The notes under the pieces are model-generated. The model worked only from the letters and a program-made list of their open reading frames with translations, ran no database searches and was not told the origin of the DNA. From assembly GCA_965208835.1 (NCBI GenBank), contig OZ242358.1:2112001-2176000 (forward strand): a DNA stretch of 64,000 bases, in the 5' to 3' direction. This DNA is from Candidatus Latescibacterota bacterium. Lineage in GTDB: Bacteria > Latescibacterota > UBA2968 > GCA-2709665. Shown here piece after piece: positions 39,713 through 49,135 of the stretch (its first letter is position 1; each line of letters begins with the position of its first letter). The position numbers and the translations under genes are program-made.

Positions 39713-39834
39713 CGTCTTGCGTTTCAGTCCCGACATTCGTCTGTAGCACCGAACCGGAAGCCAGGCTGGCCGTGGCGCGATGTCACCCTGACGCGAACAG
39801 TCGGGGAAGCCTGTCCGACCGAACTACCTGCCGC

Positions 39835-40092
39835 TCAGGACTGTTCTCCAAGATATCTCTCAGCGTAAATGTCCAGCACTCTCCGAATCATGCTCTGGTA
39901 GGGTACGCCGTTCTGCTGCGCGCTCGACTTGAAAAAATCCACGCTCCGCTTGTTGAGATTAAGGGTTATCCGTACGGTTTCCTCCCTCACGACAAGCCGG
40001 TCGGGTGACGGCAGAAAGTCCTGAATCACCTCAGCCTGTTCGATTGCTTCCGCCAGTTCCGCCGGCGCATTTTCATATTTCGCCTTGCTCAT
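39835..40092 (-). CDS. BrnA/CopG-like antitoxin
   Basis: DFLPSPDRL, RITLNLNKRSVDFFK, GVPYQSMIRRVLDIY. Confidence 0.85.
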   Translation of the reverse strand: MSKAKYENAPAELAEAIEQAEVIQDFLPSPDRLVVREETVRITLNLNKRSVDFFKSSAQQNGVPYQSMIRRVLDIYAERYLGEQS

Positions 40093-40360
40093 AACGCGTC
40101 CTTCCCTCGCGCCAATAGCCTGCGCCGAAAATGCGGATTCTGCCTCTTCGATACGTGAATCGCACGGTCAATATTCGACCTTCAACCAGTCCAAAACAGA
40201 AATACCGCGTTTCCTCGGCTGTGCTATGTTTTCGATCAACGGCGATAACACGATTCCGGTCCATGAACGCCTGTCGGGCACTTGCGAAAGTGACGCCGTG
40301 TTTGCGCCGGTTGAGACGGTCCTTCTGGTCATCCCACTCAAAGACAACGTTTGTCCTCAT
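40073..40360 (-). CDS. BrnT family toxin
   Basis: FEWDDQKDRLNRRKHGVTF, HSTAEETRY, LTVRFTYR, IRIFGAGYWREG. Confidence 0.9.
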   Translation of the reverse strand: MRTNVVFEWDDQKDRLNRRKHGVTFASARQAFMDRNRVIAVDRKHSTAEETRYFCFGLVEGRILTVRFTYRRGRIRIFGAGYWREGRTRYEQGEI

Positions 40361-40596
40361 TCAATCTCACAGAATAAACACATTTTTATACATACAAATA
40401 TACATATATACGGACTCGCGTCAAGTCCGCTTTCACATCAATTCGGGATACCGTCTTGCAGGGAGCGGAATCCAGCTGAACAGAGCGTTCCGGATTTCCA
40501 TTTTCGCTGACGAGCTTCAGAAGTGAACTTCCTACAGATTGTACGTATTTGCGGACCGAGGACCGGTTGGAGCGCGGAAGAGGGGGCGCATTAACT

Positions 40597-41868
40597 CTAT
40601 CGGTGATGAAATCCGTGATTCAGTTCCATCCGGACGCCAATCACCAGGGCGTTTTCAAGCGTCCGATCCGGGCCGGGGTTGATGATATACTGAATATCCG
40701 GTTGGATCTGTATCAGGTCGTGGATGTGCGCGCGGTAGGTCAGTTCGAATGCGGCCTCATGGCTTCCCGCTCCGGCCGCAGCCCGATAGTCCGCGCCGCA
40801 CCGCGCAATGGCCAGGGAAATTCCAATCTGGTCGTCGGACCTGCGGGGGACGAGACCGGACAGCACGATCCCGGCGCCGATGTATCTGTCGAAGGGATTG
40901 AGTGTGCCGTTGGCGGCTCCGTAGCGAATGAAGGCCGATGCGGTCCGTCCGTGCGTCGCGTCGCTGTACACATCTCCTTCAGCAAAGGCATACCAGCCTG
41001 CATTCCCGTTCCGGTGGACTGGATTCCCACCATCGTCGGTTTCACGAATCGCCTCGAATTTCGCGCTGTACAGGAACGCGCCGAGACCCAGACGGAGGGC
41101 ATTGGGAAAGTTACGGTTGTACTCCAGGGCATGTAAAACGCCCTCGCGGCTGCTTAACTTCACTGCGGTGGCGGCGGGATTCTCAGGATCGCCGGGTACC
41201 GCGTCGAGGAGCGCGTAACGCAGCACGTTGTTCCTGTCAATCTCCCATTGCAGGCGCGCCGATAGAGACGTCACCGGAAATATCGAAGGTCCGTTTTCTC
41301 CGGTCTGGGAATACGTGGGTATGATTCCGTGAGAACTGTTCAGGAATAACGCCGCCGCATCGACCGCGTCAAACTCGCTGTTGAGATCGTAGAGTCCGAT
41401 TTTCAAACTCAGCGCGTCGGCATGACGATGTTCGTACCAGAGTTCATAGAGGCGCAGGGCCCGTTCCGCGTCGATGTTTGAGACAACCTGCGCGTCGCCG
41501 GGGTATCGATCCGAAAACGTCGACGCGTCATTCCAGAGCAGATAGGCGAACAACGAGCCGGCACCATTTCCGTAGACCGGCCCCAGGTCGATTGCAAACG
41601 TCGCGTCGACGTTCTGCAGATAGGCGGAGCCGCTCCGGATGCCGCCTGAGGCGTTTCGAAGCAAGTCCGAGACGTACCCGAATTCGGCGGAGATCGTACG
41701 CCCGCCGGATTCCGCTTCAGCACGCCCGGAGACGGGTATCGAACCGATCATTAGCGTGCAGATAATCAATCGGAGCAATCTAGCCGTAAATTCGGACTTG
41801 TCTGTTCCGGATGGAGTGGGCGGTACAGCCGCGGAAGGGAAATCCGGAGTAGTGGTCATCCTGCTCAT
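40597..41868 (-). CDS. Carbohydrate-selective porin, OprB family
   Basis: NASGG, RLYELWYE, LFLNSSHG, PSIFP, ELTYRA, IQPDIQYIINPG; signal-like segment ending AEA (true start may be later). Confidence 0.85.
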   Translation of the reverse strand: MSRMTTTPDFPSAAVPPTPSGTDKSEFTARLLRLIICTLMIGSIPVSGRAEAESGGRTISAEFGYVSDLLRNASGGIRSGSAYLQNVDATFAIDLGPVYGNGAGSLFAYLLWNDASTFSDRYPGDAQVVSNIDAERALRLYELWYEHRHADALSLKIGLYDLNSEFDAVDAAALFLNSSHGIIPTYSQTGENGPSIFPVTSLSARLQWEIDRNNVLRYALLDAVPGDPENPAATAVKLSSREGVLHALEYNRNFPNALRLGLGAFLYSAKFEAIRETDDGGNPVHRNGNAGWYAFAEGDVYSDATHGRTASAFIRYGAANGTLNPFDRYIGAGIVLSGLVPRRSDDQIGISLAIARCGADYRAAAGAGSHEAAFELTYRAHIHDLIQIQPDIQYIINPGPDRTLENALVIGVRMELNHGFHHR

Positions 41869-41876
41869 TGATTTTA

Positions 41877-42296
41877 TCAGGAGTCAAGTACCAGGCGGAA
41901 GCCGAGATTCTCACTGGGTCGATAGGTCGAAAAGCCGCGGCGGTCGAGGGTGAGGATATCGAAACATCTGATGTGTTTGGCCAGGAGCACGAGGGTTGCG
42001 TCCGCATAGTCCATCGGAGTGTCCACGTATTCTTCCATGAACATCGCGCACCTGCGAAGCGCGGCGGGCTGAGCGAAATCGAATACCCGGATACGAGCGG
42101 TCGTGACGAATTCTGTCAGGAGGCGGGGACCGAACCGGCTTCCCGCCACGAAATGCATCGCTTCGGTGATGACCGCGGCGGTCGTACAGAGTTGTCCGCT
42201 AAAGCCGTCGAGCGCATCCCCCGCTTCCCGATGAGCGGGATCCGCGGCGTTCAGATACGCGACCAGTGGACCGGTGTCCAGCAGCCAGGACGTCAT
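41877..42296 (-). CDS. PIN-domain toxin (VapC family)
   Basis: LLDTGPLVA, VITEA, MDYADATLV, LTLDRRGF. Confidence 0.9.
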   Translation of the reverse strand: MTSWLLDTGPLVAYLNAADPAHREAGDALDGFSGQLCTTAAVITEAMHFVAGSRFGPRLLTEFVTTARIRVFDFAQPAALRRCAMFMEEYVDTPMDYADATLVLLAKHIRCFDILTLDRRGFSTYRPSENLGFRLVLDS

Positions 42297-42526
42297 GTTC
42301 GCCAGTTCCGTTCACGCAGGCGATTTCGCCACGCGTCGGCGCCGGGGTCGGAGAGTTCGAGACGCCCCTTCAGATGTCCGACGCGTTGCGCCAGCGGACG
42401 TTCCGAAATGGCTTCTTCAAGCAACCGACGCACCAGTTCTGAAACCGTCAATCCATGCGCCTGCGCGCGTTCTTCCAGCGCCTCACGCATGGTCTTGTCG
42501 GTGCGTACTGTAAGTGTCGTATTCAT
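42293..42526 (-). CDS. Ribbon-helix-helix antitoxin (VapB/CopG-like)
   Basis: TLTVRTDKTMREALEERAQAHGLTVSELVRRLLEEAI; ATGA overlap with the PIN gene. Confidence 0.85.
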   Translation of the reverse strand: MNTTLTVRTDKTMREALEERAQAHGLTVSELVRRLLEEAISERPLAQRVGHLKGRLELSDPGADAWRNRLRERNWRT

Positions 42527-42562
42527 GTATTACAATATATTACATTGTATGACAACGTGCAA
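42527..42562 (-). promoter_or_regulatory. Promoter/operator of vapBC, probably giving a leaderless mRNA
   Basis: TTGCAC-17-TATATT, then 7 nt to ATG with no SD; palindrome TACAAT-N7-ATTGTA spans the -10 box. Confidence 0.65.
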
Positions 42563-42696
42563 CGAGAAATATCAATTGTGCGGCTTGTTCCTTTAACAAC
42601 ATGATGGATCCGGTGAACAGGGAACATGGGTGAGGGCAGGGAACAGGAAGCAAAATTCAGTGTGGCGCAGGGGCAATTCTCAATCCTGGCGCTGTT

Positions 42697-43704
42697 TCAT
42701 TCGTTCCACACCTGCGCGAACAGGCGCATCCAGTTTCCGCCGAGGAGTTTTGTGATCTCTCCGGCGTTGTATCCGCGGTTGGCGAGCGCGTCGGCGACGT
42801 TGGGGAACTCGGCCAGCGTTGCCATTCCCCTCGGCTGAAAGCTCACCTCGGTGTACGGGACGGAACCGTCAGCGAACGTGGACGGGAATTTGGTACCCTG
42901 CTGCGATGCGATGAAGTGCCAGAATTCAAGGGGTTGATCGTGAGTGGAATCGGTACCGATGGCGACGTGGTCGATGCCGACCCGCTCCACCATGTCGTCG
43001 ATCGCGTCTACGAAATCTTCTACGGTCGTTTCGTACCCTTTGGGAAGGAAAGGCGTGTACGACGTCGCGCCCACGACACCCCCTTTTTCGGCCAGGCGTT
43101 TCAACGCTTCGTCTTCCTTGTTTCGCGGATGGTCACAGAAACTACGGGCGTTGGCATGGGTGATGGCGACAGGTTTCTCCGACATTTCGATGGCGTCCAG
43201 CGTCGTCCGTGGACCCACGTGCGACAAATCGATGAGAATGCCCAGCCGGTTCATCTCCCTCACTGCATCCACGCCGAAATTGCTTAGGCCGGCGTCGTTC
43301 CGTTCCCAGCAGCCGCTGCCCAGGAGATTGGTCTCGTGGTACGTCAGTTGAATCACCCTCACCCCCAGCGCGAGAAACAGGCCGAGGCGGTCCAGTTCGT
43401 TCTCGATGGGAGAGGCGTTCTGGAATCCAAGGATAATTCCGGTCCTGCCCTGCTGCTTTGCGGCGTGTATATCGGCCGTTGATTTCACCTGCAGAATGTC
43501 GTCGCGCTCCCGGAACCGCCGCATCCACGCCGCGAGATGGGCCATGGTCTGAATGAAGTTCTCCCACGTCGAGACGGTCGCGTTGATTGCCGTAATATTG
43601 CCGGCGCGCAATTGCCGGAAAACGGCATCGCTGTTCCAGTTGCATACACTCAACCCGTCGATCACCAGCGCATCGTCGTAGACTTGCCGCGGATTCAATG
43701 CCAT
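42697..43704 (-). CDS. Membrane dipeptidase family (M19) protein
   Basis: VIDGL, GFQN, IQLTY, IDLSHVG, THAN, HPRNK, AIGTD, LGGNW; start placed at ATG 43704. Confidence 0.88.
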   Translation of the reverse strand: MALNPRQVYDDALVIDGLSVCNWNSDAVFRQLRAGNITAINATVSTWENFIQTMAHLAAWMRRFRERDDILQVKSTADIHAAKQQGRTGIILGFQNASPIENELDRLGLFLALGVRVIQLTYHETNLLGSGCWERNDAGLSNFGVDAVREMNRLGILIDLSHVGPRTTLDAIEMSEKPVAITHANARSFCDHPRNKEDEALKRLAEKGGVVGATSYTPFLPKGYETTVEDFVDAIDDMVERVGIDHVAIGTDSTHDQPLEFWHFIASQQGTKFPSTFADGSVPYTEVSFQPRGMATLAEFPNVADALANRGYNAGEITKLLGGNWMRLFAQVWNE

Positions 43705-43717
43705 GGGAACGCCTTTC

Positions 43718-44860
43718 TTAATCGAAGCGGTTTCCAATCCTGAACAGATCGCCCAGCGGGTTCTCCCGGTCTTCCACCGCATCCGCGATGACGGGCCCGA
43801 TGGCGCCTCCGAACTTGAAGCCATGGCCGCAGCCGCAGCCCGCGATCAGCACCCGTTCGCAACCCCGTGCCCAATCGATGACGAATTCTTCGTCCTCCAT
43901 ATTGGCCATGTTGGTATACAGACAGGACCGGCCGCCGACCAGCGGCGCAGCGCTCAGGCCCGGTATGCGACGCGCAACGAACTCCCGTGCCCACGCCAGA
44001 AACTCGTCGGTCGGTTCCCGGGAGACGTCCACTTCAGCGTCATCCCATTTGCTGTCTTCCGCCACCTTCACGAACCCCTCGTGCAGATAGGGGAATCCGT
44101 ACCAGAGGTTCCCGGGGGAGAAGATCATCCAAACCGGGAAACGGGTCCGTTCGAAAGGCCCGGGGTCTTCAGGCGCGAAAAACGCCATCTGCTGCCGCGT
44201 GATGCGAACGCGTTTCTCCATCTCCGGAACGAGTTCGGAAACCCACGGGCCGGCCGACACGACCGCACGGTCGCAGTCCTTCCATTCGGATTCCGTACGG
44301 ACTCTGGCGCCCGCGGGGGTTTCCTCCACCGCGGTAACGAGCGTGTTCTCCAGGATGGTCACGCCCGCCTCACTCGCCAGCTTTGCCAGGTCCTCCAGCG
44401 CCCGGCCGCTGCGCAGGTAACCCGCCCAGGGGTCGAAAAAGAGACTGTCCTCGTCGCTCACGGTGAACTGTGGGAACCTCTCGCGGACCTCACCGGCCGT
44501 GAGTTCGTAGACCTCCTTTCCCAACCTGTTCAACGTTTCCCACCCCGCGTGGGTTTCGTGATCCGCTTCCAGGTCTCGCGACACGATCAGCGCCCCGTGC
44601 TGAAAGTAAATCGACCGGCTCGTGCGGTTGTGCCACGCTTGCCATTGCGCCGCAGCCCGGGTGACGAGTTCCACGTATGTCTCGTTCGGGTAGTTCGTGC
44701 GCCGGATCACCTTGGATACATCGGTGCTGGACGCCTCCGGATTGGGGATTTGCCCGCGTTCGATCAGCGTTATCTCATGACCCCTGTTTCGCAGCTCCAG
44801 CGCCGCGGCCATCCCGAAGACTCCCGCGCCGACGATGCAGATATTCATGGAAGTACTCAT
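43718..44860 (-). CDS. FAD-dependent oxidoreductase, monomeric sarcosine oxidase/MTOX-like
   Basis: VGAGVFG, ASSTDVSKVIR, SAGPW, CLYT (flavinylation Cys), GHGFKFG. Confidence 0.88.
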   Translation of the reverse strand: MSTSMNICIVGAGVFGMAAALELRNRGHEITLIERGQIPNPEASSTDVSKVIRRTNYPNETYVELVTRAAAQWQAWHNRTSRSIYFQHGALIVSRDLEADHETHAGWETLNRLGKEVYELTAGEVRERFPQFTVSDEDSLFFDPWAGYLRSGRALEDLAKLASEAGVTILENTLVTAVEETPAGARVRTESEWKDCDRAVVSAGPWVSELVPEMEKRVRITRQQMAFFAPEDPGPFERTRFPVWMIFSPGNLWYGFPYLHEGFVKVAEDSKWDDAEVDVSREPTDEFLAWAREFVARRIPGLSAAPLVGGRSCLYTNMANMEDEEFVIDWARGCERVLIAGCGCGHGFKFGGAIGPVIADAVEDRENPLGDLFRIGNRFD

Positions 44861-44914
44861 TGGTGTTGGGTGGTGTTTTCCGCGCGCCCATCGCGATGCG
44901 GCGGCGCCGATCGA

Positions 44915-45793
44915 TCAAACGTCGACGCCCGAACGCATCAGAAGGTCCGGAATCATGTCGGTAAACTCATCCTGGCCCCTGTCACCCCCATCGCGGAACC
45001 GGACGATGAGGTCCCTGACCGGCGTACTGACATCCAGCGGTACCCCGAGTTCCGATCCGAGCTCAACCCCCAGACACATATCCTTCACCGCCAGATCGGT
45101 GGTTGCACCCATTTGTGCGTTTTTCAGGAACAGCGAGAGGGTGCGTTCAAATATCCTGCTTTGTCCCATACTCGCCTTGACCGCATCGAGCAACAACTGC
45201 AGATCGATCCCGGCCCTTGCGCTCATCGCCACGCCTTCGCACGCGCCGATGAAGTTGACATACATCATCAGGTTGTTGATCAGCTTGATCACATTCCCGG
45301 ACCCGGCCGGTCCCGCGTGGACGATCTTGCCGCCGATCGTCTGCAACACGGTCCGCACCCGCTCCAGATCCGCCGCGTCACCGCCCACGAACAGGGTGAG
45401 TGCAGCATTTCGCGCGCCAAAGATACCACCGCTGACGGGCGCGTCGAGCACGCGCAGCCCCCGTTCCGCACCGAGCGCGGAGATTCGGCGCGCTGCGGAC
45501 GGAGCGATGGTGCTGGTGTCGACGTATGTTGTTCCCTTGGCCAGACCGGCAAACACCCCGTCGTCACCCAACACGACCTGCTCGACAGCCTCGGTGCCGG
45601 GCAGGGAGGTGAATACCACTTCCGATCGAACCGCGACCGCCTTCGGGTCTTCAGCCCAGGTGGCACCCGCCGCCTCGAGCTCGCGGCCGGTCCGACGCCG
45701 GGTATCGTGGACGGTCAGGGGGTGCCCTGCATCCAGGATATTGGCGGCCATCGGCTGTCCCATATTTCCCAGACCGATGAACCCGACTCTCAT
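44915..45793 (-). CDS. Beta-hydroxyacid dehydrogenase (3-hydroxyisobutyrate DH / tartronate semialdehyde reductase family)
   Basis: GFIGLGNMGQPMA, LDAPVSGG, GSGNVIKLINN, KDM. Confidence 0.92.
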   Translation of the reverse strand: MRVGFIGLGNMGQPMAANILDAGHPLTVHDTRRRTGRELEAAGATWAEDPKAVAVRSEVVFTSLPGTEAVEQVVLGDDGVFAGLAKGTTYVDTSTIAPSAARRISALGAERGLRVLDAPVSGGIFGARNAALTLFVGGDAADLERVRTVLQTIGGKIVHAGPAGSGNVIKLINNLMMYVNFIGACEGVAMSARAGIDLQLLLDAVKASMGQSRIFERTLSLFLKNAQMGATTDLAVKDMCLGVELGSELGVPLDVSTPVRDLIVRFRDGGDRGQDEFTDMIPDLLMRSGVDV

Positions 45794-46191
45794 GTGAATT
45801 CCTGAGGTTCTTCTTCGTGGGTGTCGAATTCGGCCGGCATGGTGATTTCGATCACTTCCCAGTCATCGGAGTATTCGAGAACTTCATGCCTGATCCCGGG
45901 CGGTTGGTACCATGCGTCACCCGCTTCGACCCGGATTTCGCCGATGTCCTCGAAATAGAGGCGGGCCCATCCTTTGATCAGATAGACCATCTGAAAATCC
46001 AGGTCGTGTGAGTGATAGCCCAGCGGTCCGGTACACGGTTGATGGGCGCGGATGATGTGCGCCAGAACCTTCCCCTCCGTGGCGTCCCTGATACCCAGGT
46101 CCCGATAGGTGAAATAGGGCCGCAACCCCTCCTCCTTCCAGCGGGCGTCTTTGGCGTGTGCGGCGAACGACTTGACCTTTTTCCCGGACAT
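45790..46191 (-). CDS. Cupin domain protein
   Basis: YRDLGI, YHSHDLDFQMVY, YQPPGIRHEV, EITMPAEF; AGGAG RBS before ATG 46191. Confidence 0.85.
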   Translation of the reverse strand: MSGKKVKSFAAHAKDARWKEEGLRPYFTYRDLGIRDATEGKVLAHIIRAHQPCTGPLGYHSHDLDFQMVYLIKGWARLYFEDIGEIRVEAGDAWYQPPGIRHEVLEYSDDWEVIEITMPAEFDTHEEEPQEFT

Positions 46192-46397
46192 AGGACAACT
46201 CCTGTGTTGAAAGGGATGACAATGGTTGACGGCGGGACAGACGCACCGGCGGTCCGCCCCGGCAAGATCGCCTGTTAATTGTGCGCTAAACCCGCCCGGT
46301 GTGCAAGCCATTTCTTCGAGCCGGGCCGGTAGTAGTCTCACCGGAATTTGCTGCCGGCCTTCGATGAGGTTGTTCCGTTGCGCGGACCGGGTTTCAG

Positions 46398-47183
46398 TCA
46401 GGCCGAGGCGCCGGAATAGTGGCGGAGCCCCCACCTCCAGAACAGACGCGAGGCGATCAGCATACCGGCCGCCACGAGAATCGCTGCGGTGAGCGACTCC
46501 GAATCGAGCCGGCCGGTCAGCGCCCGGGCGGGAACGGTGATCGCAAATGCAACCGGAACGATGAACGTAAGGACGAAACGGAGCCAGTGGGGATAGATGC
46601 CGATGGGCCAGCGCCCTGCCTGAACCATCGCATCGAAGATATTGAGGATGTTCTCGACCTTTATATACCAGAATGAAATGGTGGACAGGACCAGGAAAAA
46701 GCTGTAGATCGTGGCCGCGCCGCACAGAAGGACAAGGCCGAAGGTGAGTGCGTCGACGGCGCCGACGTCCGTGCCCCTCCTGATAAGGGCGTACGACAAC
46801 ACGATACCGCCCAGCACGAAGTCGCTCGCCTTCCAGATTCGAAACTGGCTGATACTGACCAGAAACTGCGCATCCTCGGGTTTCGTGAGGGTGTAATCGA
46901 GCGTTCCCCGGCGGACGTCCGTCATCAACTGCATCATACTTGGCCGGATAACGATGGATATCGCCCCGCCGACGATCACGAATACGCCGATCAGGGCGAG
47001 CAGATCGTAGGATCTCCAGTCGCCGAGGGATTCCGTATGCAGAAAAACCACGTAGACCCCGAGCAGCGCCTGTCCAAGGCTCACCGCGGACTGGAAGACC
47101 TGAACGTAGAAGTTGACGCGATAGGCGAATTCATTGAGAATGCCAATCTTCAGGAACGTCCACATCACGATCAATTTGTGCAA
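46398..47183 (-). CDS. ABC-2 type permease (DUF990-like)
   Basis: YRVNF, VRRGTLDYTLTKP, RWPIGIYP, TVPARAL, GLRHYSGASA; start uncertain (TTG 47183 chosen). Confidence 0.85.
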   Translation of the reverse strand: MHKLIVMWTFLKIGILNEFAYRVNFYVQVFQSAVSLGQALLGVYVVFLHTESLGDWRSYDLLALIGVFVIVGGAISIVIRPSMMQLMTDVRRGTLDYTLTKPEDAQFLVSISQFRIWKASDFVLGGIVLSYALIRRGTDVGAVDALTFGLVLLCGAATIYSFFLVLSTISFWYIKVENILNIFDAMVQAGRWPIGIYPHWLRFVLTFIVPVAFAITVPARALTGRLDSESLTAAILVAAGMLIASRLFWRWGLRHYSGASA

Positions 47184-47211
47184 AACCGAATACCCCGCGA
47201 TAGAGTTGTTC

Positions 47212-48024
47212 TCAGGATCCCACGGCGGAATATTTCCTGACACCCCGGCGCCACACGAGTTTGACAATGCCGAGTCCGACGACGACCCAGAGCATCTGCA
47301 TCAGGAATCCGCGCTCGATCTGCGCCATATCGAGCCTGCCAAGGAGAAGTTCGACGGGAAAGGCGACCGACCATTTGAACGGGAGCGCGGCAGCGACCGC
47401 CCGGGCCCACTCTGGAAGCAGATCCAGCGGCGCAATTCTGCCCGAAAGGAAAAGGCCGAAAAAGAAATACATCTGATTGACCGCGTCGGTCCGGGTTGTC
47501 CAGAACGCGACGAGCGAGAGTGCCCACTCAACGAAGAATCTGAGAAGATATGCCAGGATCAGTGAGAAAACAAACAGGAGCACGTTAAAGGCTTCAAAGT
47601 CAAACGCGGGATTGAAAAGGAGGCAGAGCACGGCCGCGGACGGGATCAGCACGAACAACGTCAGGGTCTTGTAACCGATGTTGTCGGCAATGTCGCTGTG
47701 GATGGGATGGATCGGCTTCAGGAGCATCGCCGACAGCTCGCCGTGCTGGACGCGATAGCCCATCTCGTGCATGATCCACGTAAACGTCCACATGTTGACG
47801 ACCATAAGGACGATGTAGTACGCGGCAAACCCGCCGGCGTCGTAACCGCTCACGTCGCCGCCCTTGGCTAACGCCACGGTTGACCAGACGACACAATAGA
47901 TCATCGGTTCGAGTAGCCCGCCGATCATCCAGATCGCCATGGCGACGCGATATTGAAACTGAAGCGCAAGGGTGGTTTTCAGGTATGCCCAGTAGATCGC
48001 AAGCATTGGTGTCGCTCGGCTCAC
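47212..48024 (-). CDS. ABC-2 type permease (DUF990-like)
   Basis: QYRV, GELSAMLLKP, LSGRIAPLDLLP, FPVELLLG, GVRKYSAVGS. Confidence 0.88.
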   Translation of the reverse strand: MSRATPMLAIYWAYLKTTLALQFQYRVAMAIWMIGGLLEPMIYCVVWSTVALAKGGDVSGYDAGGFAAYYIVLMVVNMWTFTWIMHEMGYRVQHGELSAMLLKPIHPIHSDIADNIGYKTLTLFVLIPSAAVLCLLFNPAFDFEAFNVLLFVFSLILAYLLRFFVEWALSLVAFWTTRTDAVNQMYFFFGLFLSGRIAPLDLLPEWARAVAAALPFKWSVAFPVELLLGRLDMAQIERGFLMQMLWVVVGLGIVKLVWRRGVRKYSAVGS

Positions 48025-49016
48025 GCCGGGTCGGCGTCGTCTTCAGGGGTTTCAACGGAAAAGACCTGCTCGATAACCTCCTCGATGGGCGGGTCCTCAA
48101 CGGTCAGGTCGAGTACGGGTAAATCACCCAGAATTCTCGCTGTCACCTGCGGTGTGGCTTCCTTGGGCACGCGCAGGGAGTAGCGCAGCCCGGCGGCCTC
48201 CACCACGTCTCCGTACGGAGAGAGGTCGGCGTTTTCGGTCTCGAGTTCGACGTCGATGGTCTTGTGCGGGGAGAATCGGGTGATGAGATCCGAAAGCGCG
48301 CCATCGAAGAGAATCCGGCCGTGGTGGATGACGACAACGCGCTTGCAAAGCGCTTCGACGTCGGCCATATAATGGCTGGTGAGCAGCACCGTCGCGCCGT
48401 GCGCACGGTTGTAATCTTCAACGAAGCTCCGTATGCGGCGCTGCATGGTAACGTCGAGACCGATGGTGGGTTCGTCCAGGAAGAGTACCTCCGGACGATG
48501 CAGCAGGGCCGCTGCGATCTCACACTTCATCCGCTCTCCGAGGGACAGGTTTCTGACGGGTTTCGGCAGAAGCGGCCCCAGTTCGAGCAATTCCGTCAGT
48601 TCGTCAAGGGTCTCCCTGTAGTCCCCGCGAGAAATCCGATAGACCGCCCGATTGCGTTCGAGGGAGTCGATCATCGGGATGTCCCAGATCAGCTGGTTTC
48701 GCTGTCCCATCACCAGCGTAATCCGGCGGAGGAAAGCCCTTTCCCGCCGATGAGGAACATAGCCCAGGACTTCGGCCGCGCCGTCCGTGGGATAGAGCAA
48801 CCCGGAGAGCATTTTGAGCGTGGTGGTCTTACCCGCCCCGTTGGGACCGAGAAAGCCGACGATCTCGCCCGGTTCCACGCTGAAGGAGATCGCTTCGACG
48901 GCCTTGACCGTCCTCGTTTTCCGTTTGACAAGGCTCTTGGCGGCGGCGCGCAGACCGGCCTCGCGCTCGGGCACGTCGTAATACTTGGAGAGACCGTTAA
49001 CCGTGATGGCGTGCAT
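48021..49016 (-). CDS. ABC transporter ATP-binding protein
   Basis: GPNGAGKTT, LSLGERMK, FLDEPTIGLD, TSHYM. Confidence 0.92.
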   Translation of the reverse strand: MHAITVNGLSKYYDVPEREAGLRAAAKSLVKRKTRTVKAVEAISFSVEPGEIVGFLGPNGAGKTTTLKMLSGLLYPTDGAAEVLGYVPHRRERAFLRRITLVMGQRNQLIWDIPMIDSLERNRAVYRISRGDYRETLDELTELLELGPLLPKPVRNLSLGERMKCEIAAALLHRPEVLFLDEPTIGLDVTMQRRIRSFVEDYNRAHGATVLLTSHYMADVEALCKRVVVIHHGRILFDGALSDLITRFSPHKTIDVELETENADLSPYGDVVEAAGLRYSLRVPKEATPQVTARILGDLPVLDLTVEDPPIEEVIEQVFSVETPEDDADPA

Positions 49017-49135
49017 ATAATCGTGGATGTCGGATCGGCGTTTTCGTGATTATGGACGACGGGCCGCCGGTCTGTCGTATTCGGCGGCCCTTGATTGCGA
49101 AGAAAAAGACCCAGGATAATCCTCACCGCGAACGC

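Noticed and set aside
39721-39754. GTTTCAGTCCC...GAAC after an AT-rich tract, resembling a CRISPR leader plus repeat
   Set aside because: Single copy, no spacer periodicity, no internal palindrome and no cas genes in the window.
39691-40008. 105-aa ORF starting in the hairpin loop
   Set aside because: Half is antisense to the BrnA-like gene, has no recognisable features, and lies beyond a terminator-like stem.
43703-45805. 700-aa plus-strand ORF
   Set aside because: Antisense to two well-supported oxidoreductase genes.
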